In this document: in pieces, positions 20,430 through 29,145 of the stretch
How positions within the stretch are numbered: position 1 is the first letter of the stretch
How the letters are laid out: each line of letters starts with the position of its first letter
Source: Acidobacteriota bacterium
Lineage (GTDB): Bacteria > Acidobacteriota > UBA6911 > JACQSX01
Direction of reading: 5' to 3'
NCBI GenBank assembly: GCA_036507075.1
Contig: DASXQR010000192.1
Location: 32,001-96,000, forward strand
Length of the DNA: 64,000 nt
The notes under the pieces: generated by a model
Seen by the model: only the letters and a program-made list of their open reading frames with translations
The model's database searches: none
What the model was told of the DNA's origin: nothing
Translations under genes and position numbers: made by a program

Positions 20430-20942
20430 CTACAGGTACCGCTCTTCAAGGATAGCGGTGTGGTGTACGACGTGGCCGGCAAGGATGTAGGCCAGCGCTC
20501 GAATGGTGAAGGAGTTCCCGCTGGCGATACCGCTTCGCATCCAGGCCTCGGACGGGAGGTTCCGGAAAAAGGACAGAGTAGCCAACCGGACTCTCCGGAA
20601 CTCCTCGACATGGCTGGCCCATGAAAACTCGTCGGCTGCCGCGGCGCGGACGGAAACCTCTTGATCGTAGCTTGGCAAGGGGCTGTCAAAACCGCGCGCA
20701 AACCAGAGTGCGCGGAAAAGGAAAACGCGCTCGCAGTCGTTGAGGTGATTCAGCACCTGACGGATGGACCACTTTTCCGGCGCGTAGCGGTGCAGAGACT
20801 TCTCCTCGGAGATGCCGGCCAGGAATGAAAGCGTTTCTTCCAACTGAGTCTCCAACCGGCCGACGATGTCGTCGCTGGAGATCCTCTCGATATAGCGGAA
20901 GTAGTAGGGCGCGGCTTCGTTGCTTTCAGGACGTCCGATCAT
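20430..20942 (-). CDS. DinB family protein
   Basis: YAPEKWSIRQVLNHLNDCER...GHVVHH. Confidence 0.9.
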   Translation of the reverse strand: MIGRPESNEAAPYYFRYIERISSDDIVGRLETQLEETLSFLAGISEEKSLHRYAPEKWSIRQVLNHLNDCERVFLFRALWFARGFDSPLPSYDQEVSVRAAAADEFSWASHVEEFRRVRLATLSFFRNLPSEAWMRSGIASGNSFTIRALAYILAGHVVHHTAILEERYL

Positions 20943-20984
20943 GGGATTATGCTAGTACTTAATTCCAAAATCCGACTAATGATT

Positions 20985-21014
20985 TTTTCACCACAAAGGC
21001 ACAAAGGACACAAA
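20985..21014 (+). repeat. 9-mer repeat arm; direct copy at 21694-21722
   Basis: TTCACCACAAAGGCACAAAGGACACAAAG versus TTCACCACGAAGGCACAAAGGGCACAAAG. Confidence 0.8.
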
Positions 21015-21087
21015 GTCAGAAGGCGGAGATCAAAATCACCAAACGTCTGCTGTCACCCTGCTAATCTGTCGAACAAAGGAGCAACAA

Positions 21088-21462
21088 ATGAGAGGTATCG
21101 GAGGAATTGTCGGATTGCTGATTGTCCTGGGGATTGGATACTTTGTTTACAGAACCCAGTTGACACAAGGAACAGGGACCCAAGCCACACCGAAAACACA
21201 GATTGACCTGATCAGGGTCAGAAGCGAGTTATTGAGCCTGGCTCAATCAGAGAGGCTTTACCTGGCTCGCAACGGCAATTACGCAACTCTGGACCAGCTA
21301 CAGCAGGCAAGCTCTGCAATCTCCGGCAGCAGGGGTTACACCTACAACATCGAAGTGGACGACGGCCAGCATTTCAAAATTACAGCCACTCCTTCCGATC
21401 CGATGAACCGAAACTTGCCCACGTTCTCAATCGACGAAACAATGCAGATTTTGGAGAAGTGA
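21088..21462 (+). CDS. Type IV pilin-like small membrane-anchored protein
   Basis: Hydrophobic N-terminal helix, then LAQSERLYLARNGNYATL...YTYNI...FKITATP (PilE-like); AAGGAG RBS. Confidence 0.65.
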   Translation: MRGIGGIVGLLIVLGIGYFVYRTQLTQGTGTQATPKTQIDLIRVRSELLSLAQSERLYLARNGNYATLDQLQQASSAISGSRGYTYNIEVDDGQHFKITATPSDPMNRNLPTFSIDETMQILEK

Positions 21463-21475
21463 ATCTGCAGTGTGG

Positions 21476-21694
21476 CTATGGTGCCCCGGCGTTTGCGGCC
21501 GGCAAGCCGTGTTTGGCCAGAAAGTCTCGAATGGCGGCATAAATTTTCAGTGTCTGTTCGCGCGTGAAGCCGCCGTGTTTTCCTCCGGGAATTGTGAAAA
21601 GCTGGTTGGGGACTGCGGCCTTGTCGAGCGCTTCGTGCAGGCGAACTGCATGCGTGTACGGCACGGTGGGATCGGCATCACCATGGATGGTGTT
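21476..21694 (-). pseudogene. C-terminal fragment of an alpha/beta hydrolase
   Basis: TIHGDADPTVPY...GGKHGGF carries the Asp and His but there is no GxSxG half. The frame is closed upstream by TGA at 21695-21697, inside a repeat arm. Confidence 0.8.
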
Positions 21695-21881
21695 TCACCA
21701 CGAAGGCACAAAGGGCACAAAGTATTTACCTTTTCGAACCGCAGAATTCTATAATAGACCTCAAATCGCTTTCTATTTCCTAAAGCCACGAATTCTGTTC
21801 AGTGCTGCACGCAAGAAAGAGTGGAAGGCCACCCGCCAGGAAGGCTTTGTCTAAACGAAATTTGAAGTACAGGAGGTAACT

Positions 21882-23162
21882 ATGAGTTCAAAATCCGCAC
21901 AAGATCGCGATGACCGCGACTTGGCACGGCCGGGCGGCATCCGCTCGCGATCGGAACTGACGGCCTTAAAGATGCTGATTTTGGTTTTCGTGGCAATTTC
22001 GGTATTGCTACCCGTCACCGTTCATACACAGTCATTCAAGGAAGCGCCGGCCGGTTTCGACGGCCGGTCCAACGGCTTTGTCAGTCTTCCTCAGTTCAAA
22101 AGAGACCAGGGGATCTTTGAACAGCGTGAAGAGGTGGAGGATGGGCTTGGCCCGGTTTACAACGCACAGTCCTGCGCAGAGTGTCATCAGAGCCCGCAAA
22201 CCGGAGGCAGTAGTCAAGTCACGGAATTGCGCGCCGGCCATTACAACCGCGAGACTTTCATCGAGCATCCCGGCGGATCGCTGATCCATGATCGCGCCAT
22301 TAACCCGTCGGTTCAGGAAAGACTGATGGCAGGCTATGAAGTGCTGGCTGTTCGCGCATCAGTCAGTACGCTGGGCGATGGATTTGTCGAGTGCATCGAC
22401 GACAGTTTGTTGATCGCTATCTCCAAAATTCAACCGCCGAATATGCGGGGTCAGGTTATTCAAGTCCCGGTGCTGGAAGCGGACGGTGCCCTGCGCGTGG
22501 GTCGGTTCGGCTGGAAAAACCAGCACGCCAGCCTGCTTTCCTTTTCAGCCGATGCCTACTTAAATGAAATGGGCATCACCAGCGAGCTCAAGCCAGAGGA
22601 AAACGGACCACTCGGCCAGCTCGTAGGGCTATTTGATCGGGTGCCTGATCCTGAGGATGATGACGGGGACACGGAAACCTTTGCTCGCTTCATGCGTGCG
22701 ACAAAGGTCCCTCCCCGGGGACCGGGAGCGGAATCGAGTCTGATCCCCATCCCCGAGGTGGTGCTGGGATCCGCCTTGTTTGACGGACTTCAGTGTGGCA
22801 CCTGCCATGTCCGGACACTGTTTACCGCTCCGGCAGGAACTGTGATCAATGGCGGGACCTTCACGGTTCCCGAGGCATTGGGAAGCAAGATTATTCATCC
22901 TTACAGCGATTTCCTGCTGCATGACGTCGGAACCGGCGACGGAATTGTGCAAAACGGCGGCTATTCCACGCGAAACAAAACGCGCACCGCGCCTTTGTGG
23001 GGTTTGCGGGCTCGCAACCGCTTCATGCATGACGCCGCGTCCTACTCGTTGATCGCCGCCATCCGCCGCCACAAAGGAGAAGCCACCGATGTGACGCGCA
23101 ACTTCGAACGGCTGCGCGACGCCCAGAAAAACCAACTCGTGGCATTCTTGCTGTCGTTGTAG
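21882..23162 (+). CDS. Di-heme oxidoreductase family (DHOR/DUF1111-like) protein
   Basis: GLGPVYNAQSCAECH, GRFGWK, AYLNEMG, CGTCH, YSDFLLHDVG, RTAPLWG; AGGAGG RBS. Confidence 0.88.
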   Translation: MSSKSAQDRDDRDLARPGGIRSRSELTALKMLILVFVAISVLLPVTVHTQSFKEAPAGFDGRSNGFVSLPQFKRDQGIFEQREEVEDGLGPVYNAQSCAECHQSPQTGGSSQVTELRAGHYNRETFIEHPGGSLIHDRAINPSVQERLMAGYEVLAVRASVSTLGDGFVECIDDSLLIAISKIQPPNMRGQVIQVPVLEADGALRVGRFGWKNQHASLLSFSADAYLNEMGITSELKPEENGPLGQLVGLFDRVPDPEDDDGDTETFARFMRATKVPPRGPGAESSLIPIPEVVLGSALFDGLQCGTCHVRTLFTAPAGTVINGGTFTVPEALGSKIIHPYSDFLLHDVGTGDGIVQNGGYSTRNKTRTAPLWGLRARNRFMHDAASYSLIAAIRRHKGEATDVTRNFERLRDAQKNQLVAFLLSL

Positions 23163-23192
23163 GTGCAGCCTGTAGATCACTACCTCCCGCAC

Positions 23193-24227
23193 TTACTGTT
23201 TGGGAGTCGGTTGTTTCTGTTCTTCTCCGGCGGCGGCGACCGGGGTTAGCCAGGCGGGATACCAGCGGAAGACATTGCCCGTCAGGCTGGCAACGAAGAT
23301 TTCGCCGCTGGGGGTGACGGTGATTTTGTGACCGGGGCACTCCATGGCGCCCAGGATCCGGCCGCTCTCCAGATCAATCTTCATCAGCCGGCCTGCCAGC
23401 GTGTCGTAGGTGATGTTTTCGACATTGTTGCGGTGCGTGACCACCCACATTTCATCGCCGGGGGTAATGAACAGGTCCTGCGTGGCGCCCAAGTGCGTCC
23501 ACTGCTTCAGAAATTCCCCTTTCGGGCTGAAGATTTGAATTCGATTGTTTTCCCGGTCGCTGACGTAAACGCGCCCCTTGGAATCAAGTCCCACCGAATG
23601 CACGGTATGGAATTCGCCGGGGCCGGTTCCGCGCTTTCCCCAGGAAAGCAGGTACTTCCCTTCCCTGTTGAATTTCACCACGCGTGAATTGCCGTAACCG
23701 TCCGAGATGTAGAAGTCGCCATTGGCCGCAAATGCGATGTCAGTCGGTTTGTCGAATGTCTTGTCGTCGGTTCCAGTCTGGCCCTTGATGCCCCAGGTCT
23801 GCAGCAGCTTCCCTTCCCGCGTGAATCTGTAAACCTGATGGTTTCCGTTATCGATGGCCCAGATGTTGTCGTATTTGTCTGCCCGCAGACCGTGAGGATT
23901 GCCGAAGAAACCGCGACCCCAGGAGCGAAGGTAGTTGCCCTTGGGATCAAAAACGACCACCGAATCAGCCTTCTTGCCGCGATGAAAGACATAGACGTCG
24001 CCCTTGGAATCGGTTGTCACTGCCGAAACGCGGCCGAACTTCCAGCCATCGGGCATCGTGTCCGGTTCTTCGCCAAAGCGTATGGCGACGCGATACTTCA
24101 ACAGGCCGCCCTCATGCGGGTACCAGCCATCGGGTACATAGCCTTGCTCGGGGGCTTTTGATTTTTGGGGCTGGGCGAAGCCAAAAATGGAGAAAAGGAT
24201 GATTGTGAAGATGGCTAGTCTTTTCAT
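23193..24227 (-). CDS. NHL-repeat beta-propeller (peptidyl-alpha-hydroxyglycine lyase-like)
   Basis: PHGL, FDKPTDIAF, DGYGNSRVVKF, VYVSDRENNRIQIF; signal peptide. Confidence 0.87.
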   Translation of the reverse strand: MKRLAIFTIILFSIFGFAQPQKSKAPEQGYVPDGWYPHEGGLLKYRVAIRFGEEPDTMPDGWKFGRVSAVTTDSKGDVYVFHRGKKADSVVVFDPKGNYLRSWGRGFFGNPHGLRADKYDNIWAIDNGNHQVYRFTREGKLLQTWGIKGQTGTDDKTFDKPTDIAFAANGDFYISDGYGNSRVVKFNREGKYLLSWGKRGTGPGEFHTVHSVGLDSKGRVYVSDRENNRIQIFSPKGEFLKQWTHLGATQDLFITPGDEMWVVTHRNNVENITYDTLAGRLMKIDLESGRILGAMECPGHKITVTPSGEIFVASLTGNVFRWYPAWLTPVAAAGEEQKQPTPKQ

Positions 24228-24242
24228 GTGAGATCTCCTGGC

Positions 24243-24416
24243 AAAAGCTTTTCACCACAAAGGCACAAAGGCACAAAGGCACAAAGTAAGACGTGAGGCG
24301 GGCGGAGACTGGTCAGCTGTTCGGCCGTGAAGTAACAGGCGATTAAAGCTGACCGGTCTCCGCCCGCCTCACGTCTTCCCTTTGTGTCCTTCGTATCTTT
24401 GTGGTGAAAAGCTTTT
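24243..24416. repeat. Two-tier inverted repeat (9-mer outer arms, GC-rich inner stem)
   Basis: AAAAGCTTTTCACCACAAAGGCAC...GTGGTGAAAAGCTTTT; inner arms AAGACGTGAGGCGGGCGGAGACTGGTCAGCT and AGCTGACCGGTCTCCGCCCGCCTCACGTCTT. Confidence 0.9.
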
Positions 24417-24431
24417 ACTCGAACACACGAG

Positions 24432-25931
24432 TCAAGAATTGCTCGCGCCCGCAATTTGTGGAATCAGCTCGCCGTGGACATCGGTGAGTCTCATGTGCCG
24501 GCCGTTGAAGTAATAGGTCACCCGCTTGTGATCCAGCCCCAGTAAATGCAGCAGCGTGGCATGAAGGTCGTGGCAGGTGACGATCTGCTGCTCGGCCTTG
24601 TAACCAAATTCGTCGGTGGCGCCGATCCTCTGGCCGCCCTTAATTCCCGCGCCCGTCATGAACACGGTCATCGCGCCCGGGTTGTGATCGCGGCCGATTC
24701 CGCGCTGGGAAATCGGCATGCGGCCGAATTCGGAATGCCACATCACCAGCGTCTCGTCCAGCAGACCGCGGCGCTTCAGGTCCTTGATCAGACCCGCAAT
24801 CGGCTTGTCCACTTCGGCGGCGTGCATCCCATGGTTGTCGGTAATGCTGGCGTGCGCATCCCATGTGTCCACGTTCTGATTTACGATCGAACCGCTGTAA
24901 AGCTGAATGAATCGCACGCCCCGTTCGACCATGCGACGCGCCAGCAGGCATTGCTTTCCGAACGCCTCGGTAACCGGATGATCCAGGCCATAGAGCCGCC
25001 TTGTCTCTTCACTCTCTCCGGAAATGTCCACCGCTTCGGGCGCGCACATTTGCATCCGATAGGCCAGCTCGTAAGAAGAAATCCGGGCCGCAAGCTCGCT
25101 GCTTCCGGGATGCTTGTCCGCGTGCTTCTGGTTGATCCAGTTCAGTTGGTCAAGCCGCGCCCGTTCCTGCTCGGGCGTGACATATTGGGAGGGTGGGGTC
25201 AGGTCCAGGATCGGGTCGCCGGCGGAGCGGAAAACCGTTCCCTGAAAGGATGCCGGCAGAAAACCGGAGCTCCAATTCGCCGGTCCCGAAAACGGTCCGC
25301 CGCGCGCGTCGTACAGGACGACGAACCCGGGCAGGTTCTGATTCTCGCTGCCCAAGCCGTAGGTCACCCACGAGCCGACGCTGGGATATCCCATCAATAT
25401 AGAACCGGTGTTCCATTCATAATGCGACAAGACGTGGTCGTTCGACTTGCCCTGGCAGGAATGGATAAAGGCCAGCTCATCCACGATCGATCCGACATGC
25501 GGAAAAAGATCCGACACCCAGAGGCCGGACTGCCCGTACTGCTTGAAGGTGTAAGGACTCTTCATCAGCGGTCCTGGAAACCCCTGCCGAACGCGGATTT
25601 CGCCCTGACCCTCCAGGGGCATGCCGTGGTACTTCACCAACGCCGGTTTGTAGTCGAACGTGTCGATGTGGCTCACGCCGCCGCTCATAAACAGAGAGAT
25701 GACCGATTTGGCGCGCGGCTTGAAATGAGGCGGTTTGGGCAAATAGGGGGAACCGGGGAATCCTTCGGAGCTTGCGCAGGTCGGAGCCGAAGGCGGGGCA
25801 GCCAGAAGCCCGTCCTGGTTTAGCAGGTAAAGAAAGGCCAGCCCGCTGATTCCCGATCCGGCCTCGAACAGAAAGTCCCGCCGGGTGACAAAACGGCGTT
25901 TGCTCATTCTGCAATCACATAAGCCGGACAT
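24432..25931 (-). CDS. DUF1501 domain protein with Tat signal
   Basis: TRRDFL, AKSVISLFMSGGVSHIDTFDYKP, ARRMVERGVRFIQ, WDAH, EFGRMP, GRDHN. Confidence 0.92.
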   Translation of the reverse strand: MSGLCDCRMSKRRFVTRRDFLFEAGSGISGLAFLYLLNQDGLLAAPPSAPTCASSEGFPGSPYLPKPPHFKPRAKSVISLFMSGGVSHIDTFDYKPALVKYHGMPLEGQGEIRVRQGFPGPLMKSPYTFKQYGQSGLWVSDLFPHVGSIVDELAFIHSCQGKSNDHVLSHYEWNTGSILMGYPSVGSWVTYGLGSENQNLPGFVVLYDARGGPFSGPANWSSGFLPASFQGTVFRSAGDPILDLTPPSQYVTPEQERARLDQLNWINQKHADKHPGSSELAARISSYELAYRMQMCAPEAVDISGESEETRRLYGLDHPVTEAFGKQCLLARRMVERGVRFIQLYSGSIVNQNVDTWDAHASITDNHGMHAAEVDKPIAGLIKDLKRRGLLDETLVMWHSEFGRMPISQRGIGRDHNPGAMTVFMTGAGIKGGQRIGATDEFGYKAEQQIVTCHDLHATLLHLLGLDHKRVTYYFNGRHMRLTDVHGELIPQIAGASNS

Positions 25932-25982
25932 GCGTGGTTTCTCCTTAGAAATCCTTTATTGAAAATTTCTGCCAGACGGTCG

Positions 25983-26082
25983 ATCGCATTCACCGCAGGG
26001 CCGCAAAGCACACAGAGGACTCACAGAGACGGAACATTCTGCGAAAACTCGGCGCACTCTGCGCCTCTGCGGTGAATACGAT
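25983..26082. repeat. 9-mer-type inverted repeat
   Basis: ATCGCATTCACCGCAG...CTCTGCGGTGAATACGAT. Confidence 0.75.
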
Positions 26083-26130
26083 TGAAGTCCAGCAGGGATC
26101 CCGGTTTCGCCGCCACCGGCAACCATCCCC

Positions 26131-28926
26131 TCAGTTAACATACACAAACTCATTCGTATTCAGCATCACGTGCGCCAGGTCGGTGAGCGCGGCAAGCCGG
26201 CCTTCCTCCGCAGTGCGCCGCTCAGAGGCATGGGCATTGTGGTAGCTTTGCTGCCGCTGCAGAAATGTCTTCAAGTGGTCCAGTTCCCTGGCATCCGGAT
26301 CACGACTGAGGGCAATTCGATAGAGCAACCGAATCTGCTTGCCCGAATCAGCGCCGGTTTCCTGCAGCACTCGCTCCGCGAAGTGACGGGCTTGAATAAG
26401 CACGAACTCGCTGTTCAGCAACGTGAGAGCCTGCGTCGGCACGGTAGTTACATTTCGCCTCTCACATGTGACATTCAAGTCAGGCTGATCGTGTACTTCA
26501 AACATCGGATACTTCAAACCTCTCTTCCAGTACGCATAGACGCTGCGCCGCCAAGTGGATGGCTCCTCCCGGGTCATGGTCCATTTCCCCTGCCGGTAAC
26601 TTTCTCTTAAAGCCTTGGGGATGGTCGGGAAGAACGGTTCTCCGCCGGCCTGCAAATTGATCTGGCCGCTGGCCGACAGAATGATGTCGCGAATGGCCTC
26701 TCCTTCCAGCCGGCGCAATGGAAATCTCCAGAGTTGAACGTTGCTCGGATCCTTCTCCATGTTCGCCTTGCTGGAAAAGGTGGAAGCCATCTTGTAAGTC
26801 GCAGAATTCATAATCAGGCGGTGTATCTGCTTGATGCTCCAACCCTGGCGCATGAACTCGATCGCGAGCCAATCCAGAAGCTCCGGATGGGACGGTCTCA
26901 TCCCCATCTTCCCGAAGTTGCCGGGCGTGGCGACAATGCCGCGGCCGAAATGCCAGTGCCAGATCCGGTTTACCATCACGCGCGCGGTGAGCGGGTTCTC
27001 CAGCGATGTAATCCACTCGGCCAGGGCGCGGCGGCGCCCGCTGCTGATAAACTCACTTTTCGGCGGGCGCGCGATCGGCGGCGGCGTTCCATGAACGAGC
27101 ACCCTCAAATAGCCCGGTTCCACGATCACTGATTTCTGATCCTCAGCCACTTCCAGGCCATTAGCTGCAAAGTAAACCGGCGGCACGCGGTAGGGCCGCC
27201 CCGGCTCCGGCAGGAAGCAGCAGTCGACTCGATAATCGAAGCGGTTCCCTTTGCCCGGCAGCGGCTCATCTCCCGGCCCGTCCGGAGTGAGTCGATAATC
27301 TCCGTCCCGAATTCCTTCAGCGACAGGCAGTGGAGTCGGCAGCTTCTTTACAAGCTCGTCGATCTGCTCGAGAAGCTTCTGCCGCGCCTTGTCGTCAGCT
27401 TCGCTTACCTTTATCAACTGGCGGTACTGCGGGGAAACGACCTGATTGGCTGCCGCGTCCGGGTCCACATCCAGCGACACGATTTGGGCTGCAAGCAACT
27501 TTTGACCGGCCGTCCTTTTCTCTTCCGGTGTCCTGACAGCGACCTGAACCTCGGTAGGAAACCGGGAAAGCTTGCGCTCGAACTCGGCCTTCCGGTACGG
27601 CGCTTCGATTTCGGCGATCCGACGCCGCAGCGGGCGGACCTGCTGATCTATTTCATTTTTCACTCTCTGGAATTCCGCTACTTTAGCGGCCGGCGCCAGC
27701 GGGTGGTCATAGTCCACGTGGCCGAAAAACATTCCCATTGTTCTGTAATAATCCACGCGAGTAATGGGATCGAATTTGTGGTCATGGCAGCGGGCGCAGT
27801 TAACCGAGAGTCCCATGAATCCCTGGAATGTGGTTCGAATAATGTCATCCAGGTATTCGTATCGGTAGTACGGGTTGTCCTTCTCGCGGTAACGCACTTT
27901 TGGACCGATGCGATAGTAGGTCGTTGCGATCAGGCTGTCGTAGTCCCGGTTTTCAAGTTCGTCGCCGGCCAGCTGTTCAAGGATGAATTGGTTGTACGGC
28001 TTGTCCTGATTTAATGACTTGATGACATAGTCGCGGTATTTCCAGGCGTTCGTGTTGTCCCTGTCATGCTCGAAACCCGAGCTGTCGGCGTAACGCACCA
28101 CATCGAGCCAGAACCGGCCCCAGCGTTCTCCATAATGAGGAGACGCAAGCAGGCGATCGATCAAATTCTCCCAGGCCCGCGGTGAGGAATCTTTGACGAA
28201 GGCATCCACCTCTTCCGGGCTCGGCAGAAGCCCGATCAAATCCAGGTAAGCCCGGCGGACCAAAGTATTTCGGTCCGCCTGTGGCGCTGCAACCAGTGCC
28301 TTCTCGTCGAGAGCTTTCTTGATGAAGGCATCAATCGGATTTGCTCTCCAGCGCGCATCTGCAATCTTGGGAATCGGCTGCGGAACGGGTTTCTGGAAAG
28401 CCCACCAATTTCGGTCCTCGTCGTTGATCGTTTTTTCCTGGTAGCCCTTTGCGTAAGTAGCGGTCGCCGTGTCTTTCCCATCTTTGGCGCTGTGCGCCGC
28501 CGCCATGTTTCCAGTGGAGAGATCAGTTGCATCCCAACGTGCGCCCTGTTCAATCCAGGACTTCAGAAGCGCGACTTCCTGGGTGGTGAGCGGAGAGAGC
28601 GGGGCCAGAGGCATGGCGGGCTTCTCGAGGCCGGCGACGCGACGGAACATCCGGCTCGCCTCCGGATCGCCAGGAACGATCACAGGTCCTCTGTCGCCGC
28701 CCTCGAGCATCGAATCGCGCGTGCGCAAATCCAGACCCGACTTGAGTGTTTCGCCGTGGCACTGGAAGCACCTCTGCTGCAGAATGGAAACAGCCTCCTT
28801 ATTTAACGGCTGGATCGAGGCTGGATCCTGACGGGCCGCCAGAAAAACGCAGCCGGATGCGAGCACTGCGAGCGCCGCTACCCAGGGAGTTGCTGATCTT
28901 TCGCCAATACCGGGAGCCATATTCAC
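26131..28926 (-). CDS. Planctomycete cytochrome c + DUF1549 + DUF1553 (PSD1) protein
   Basis: CFQCH, WWAFQ, NPIDAFI, YGERWGRFWLD, CARCHDHKFDP, ARVMVNRIW, HPELLDWLA. Start may be ATG 28920. Confidence 0.93.
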   Translation of the reverse strand: MNMAPGIGERSATPWVAALAVLASGCVFLAARQDPASIQPLNKEAVSILQQRCFQCHGETLKSGLDLRTRDSMLEGGDRGPVIVPGDPEASRMFRRVAGLEKPAMPLAPLSPLTTQEVALLKSWIEQGARWDATDLSTGNMAAAHSAKDGKDTATATYAKGYQEKTINDEDRNWWAFQKPVPQPIPKIADARWRANPIDAFIKKALDEKALVAAPQADRNTLVRRAYLDLIGLLPSPEEVDAFVKDSSPRAWENLIDRLLASPHYGERWGRFWLDVVRYADSSGFEHDRDNTNAWKYRDYVIKSLNQDKPYNQFILEQLAGDELENRDYDSLIATTYYRIGPKVRYREKDNPYYRYEYLDDIIRTTFQGFMGLSVNCARCHDHKFDPITRVDYYRTMGMFFGHVDYDHPLAPAAKVAEFQRVKNEIDQQVRPLRRRIAEIEAPYRKAEFERKLSRFPTEVQVAVRTPEEKRTAGQKLLAAQIVSLDVDPDAAANQVVSPQYRQLIKVSEADDKARQKLLEQIDELVKKLPTPLPVAEGIRDGDYRLTPDGPGDEPLPGKGNRFDYRVDCCFLPEPGRPYRVPPVYFAANGLEVAEDQKSVIVEPGYLRVLVHGTPPPIARPPKSEFISSGRRRALAEWITSLENPLTARVMVNRIWHWHFGRGIVATPGNFGKMGMRPSHPELLDWLAIEFMRQGWSIKQIHRLIMNSATYKMASTFSSKANMEKDPSNVQLWRFPLRRLEGEAIRDIILSASGQINLQAGGEPFFPTIPKALRESYRQGKWTMTREEPSTWRRSVYAYWKRGLKYPMFEVHDQPDLNVTCERRNVTTVPTQALTLLNSEFVLIQARHFAERVLQETGADSGKQIRLLYRIALSRDPDARELDHLKTFLQRQQSYHNAHASERRTAEEGRLAALTDLAHVMLNTNEFVYVN

Positions 28927-29029
28927 CGCGTCCGCTTACGGTTCTTAGCACCGTGATATATCAGTCTTTAGGCATTTTAAGCTCGCCGGCAAAGCATCTC
29001 AATCATTTTCGGGCTGCCAGTCAAGAAAG

Positions 29030-29139
29030 GGAATTCACCACAAAGGCACGTAGTCGTGCCCGTTGACGTGCTCGTGCTCGTGGACGTAGATGGCTTTTTG
29101 GTTGCGGCAATGCTGCACTGCGCCTCTGTGGTGAATTCC
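29030..29139. repeat. Composite inverted repeat (9-mer arms, hexamer tract, TTTGGTTGCGGC end)
   Basis: GGAATTCACCACAAAGGCAC...CGTGCCCGTTGACGTGCTCGTGCTCGTG...TTTGGTTGCGGC...CTCTGTGGTGAATTCC. Confidence 0.85.
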
Positions 29140-29145
29140 GTGGAA

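Noticed and set aside
21695..21697. TGA as a selenocysteine codon extending the hydrolase fragment
   Set aside because: The upstream sequence is repeat arm rather than hydrolase-like coding sequence, and the position is not a Cys site.
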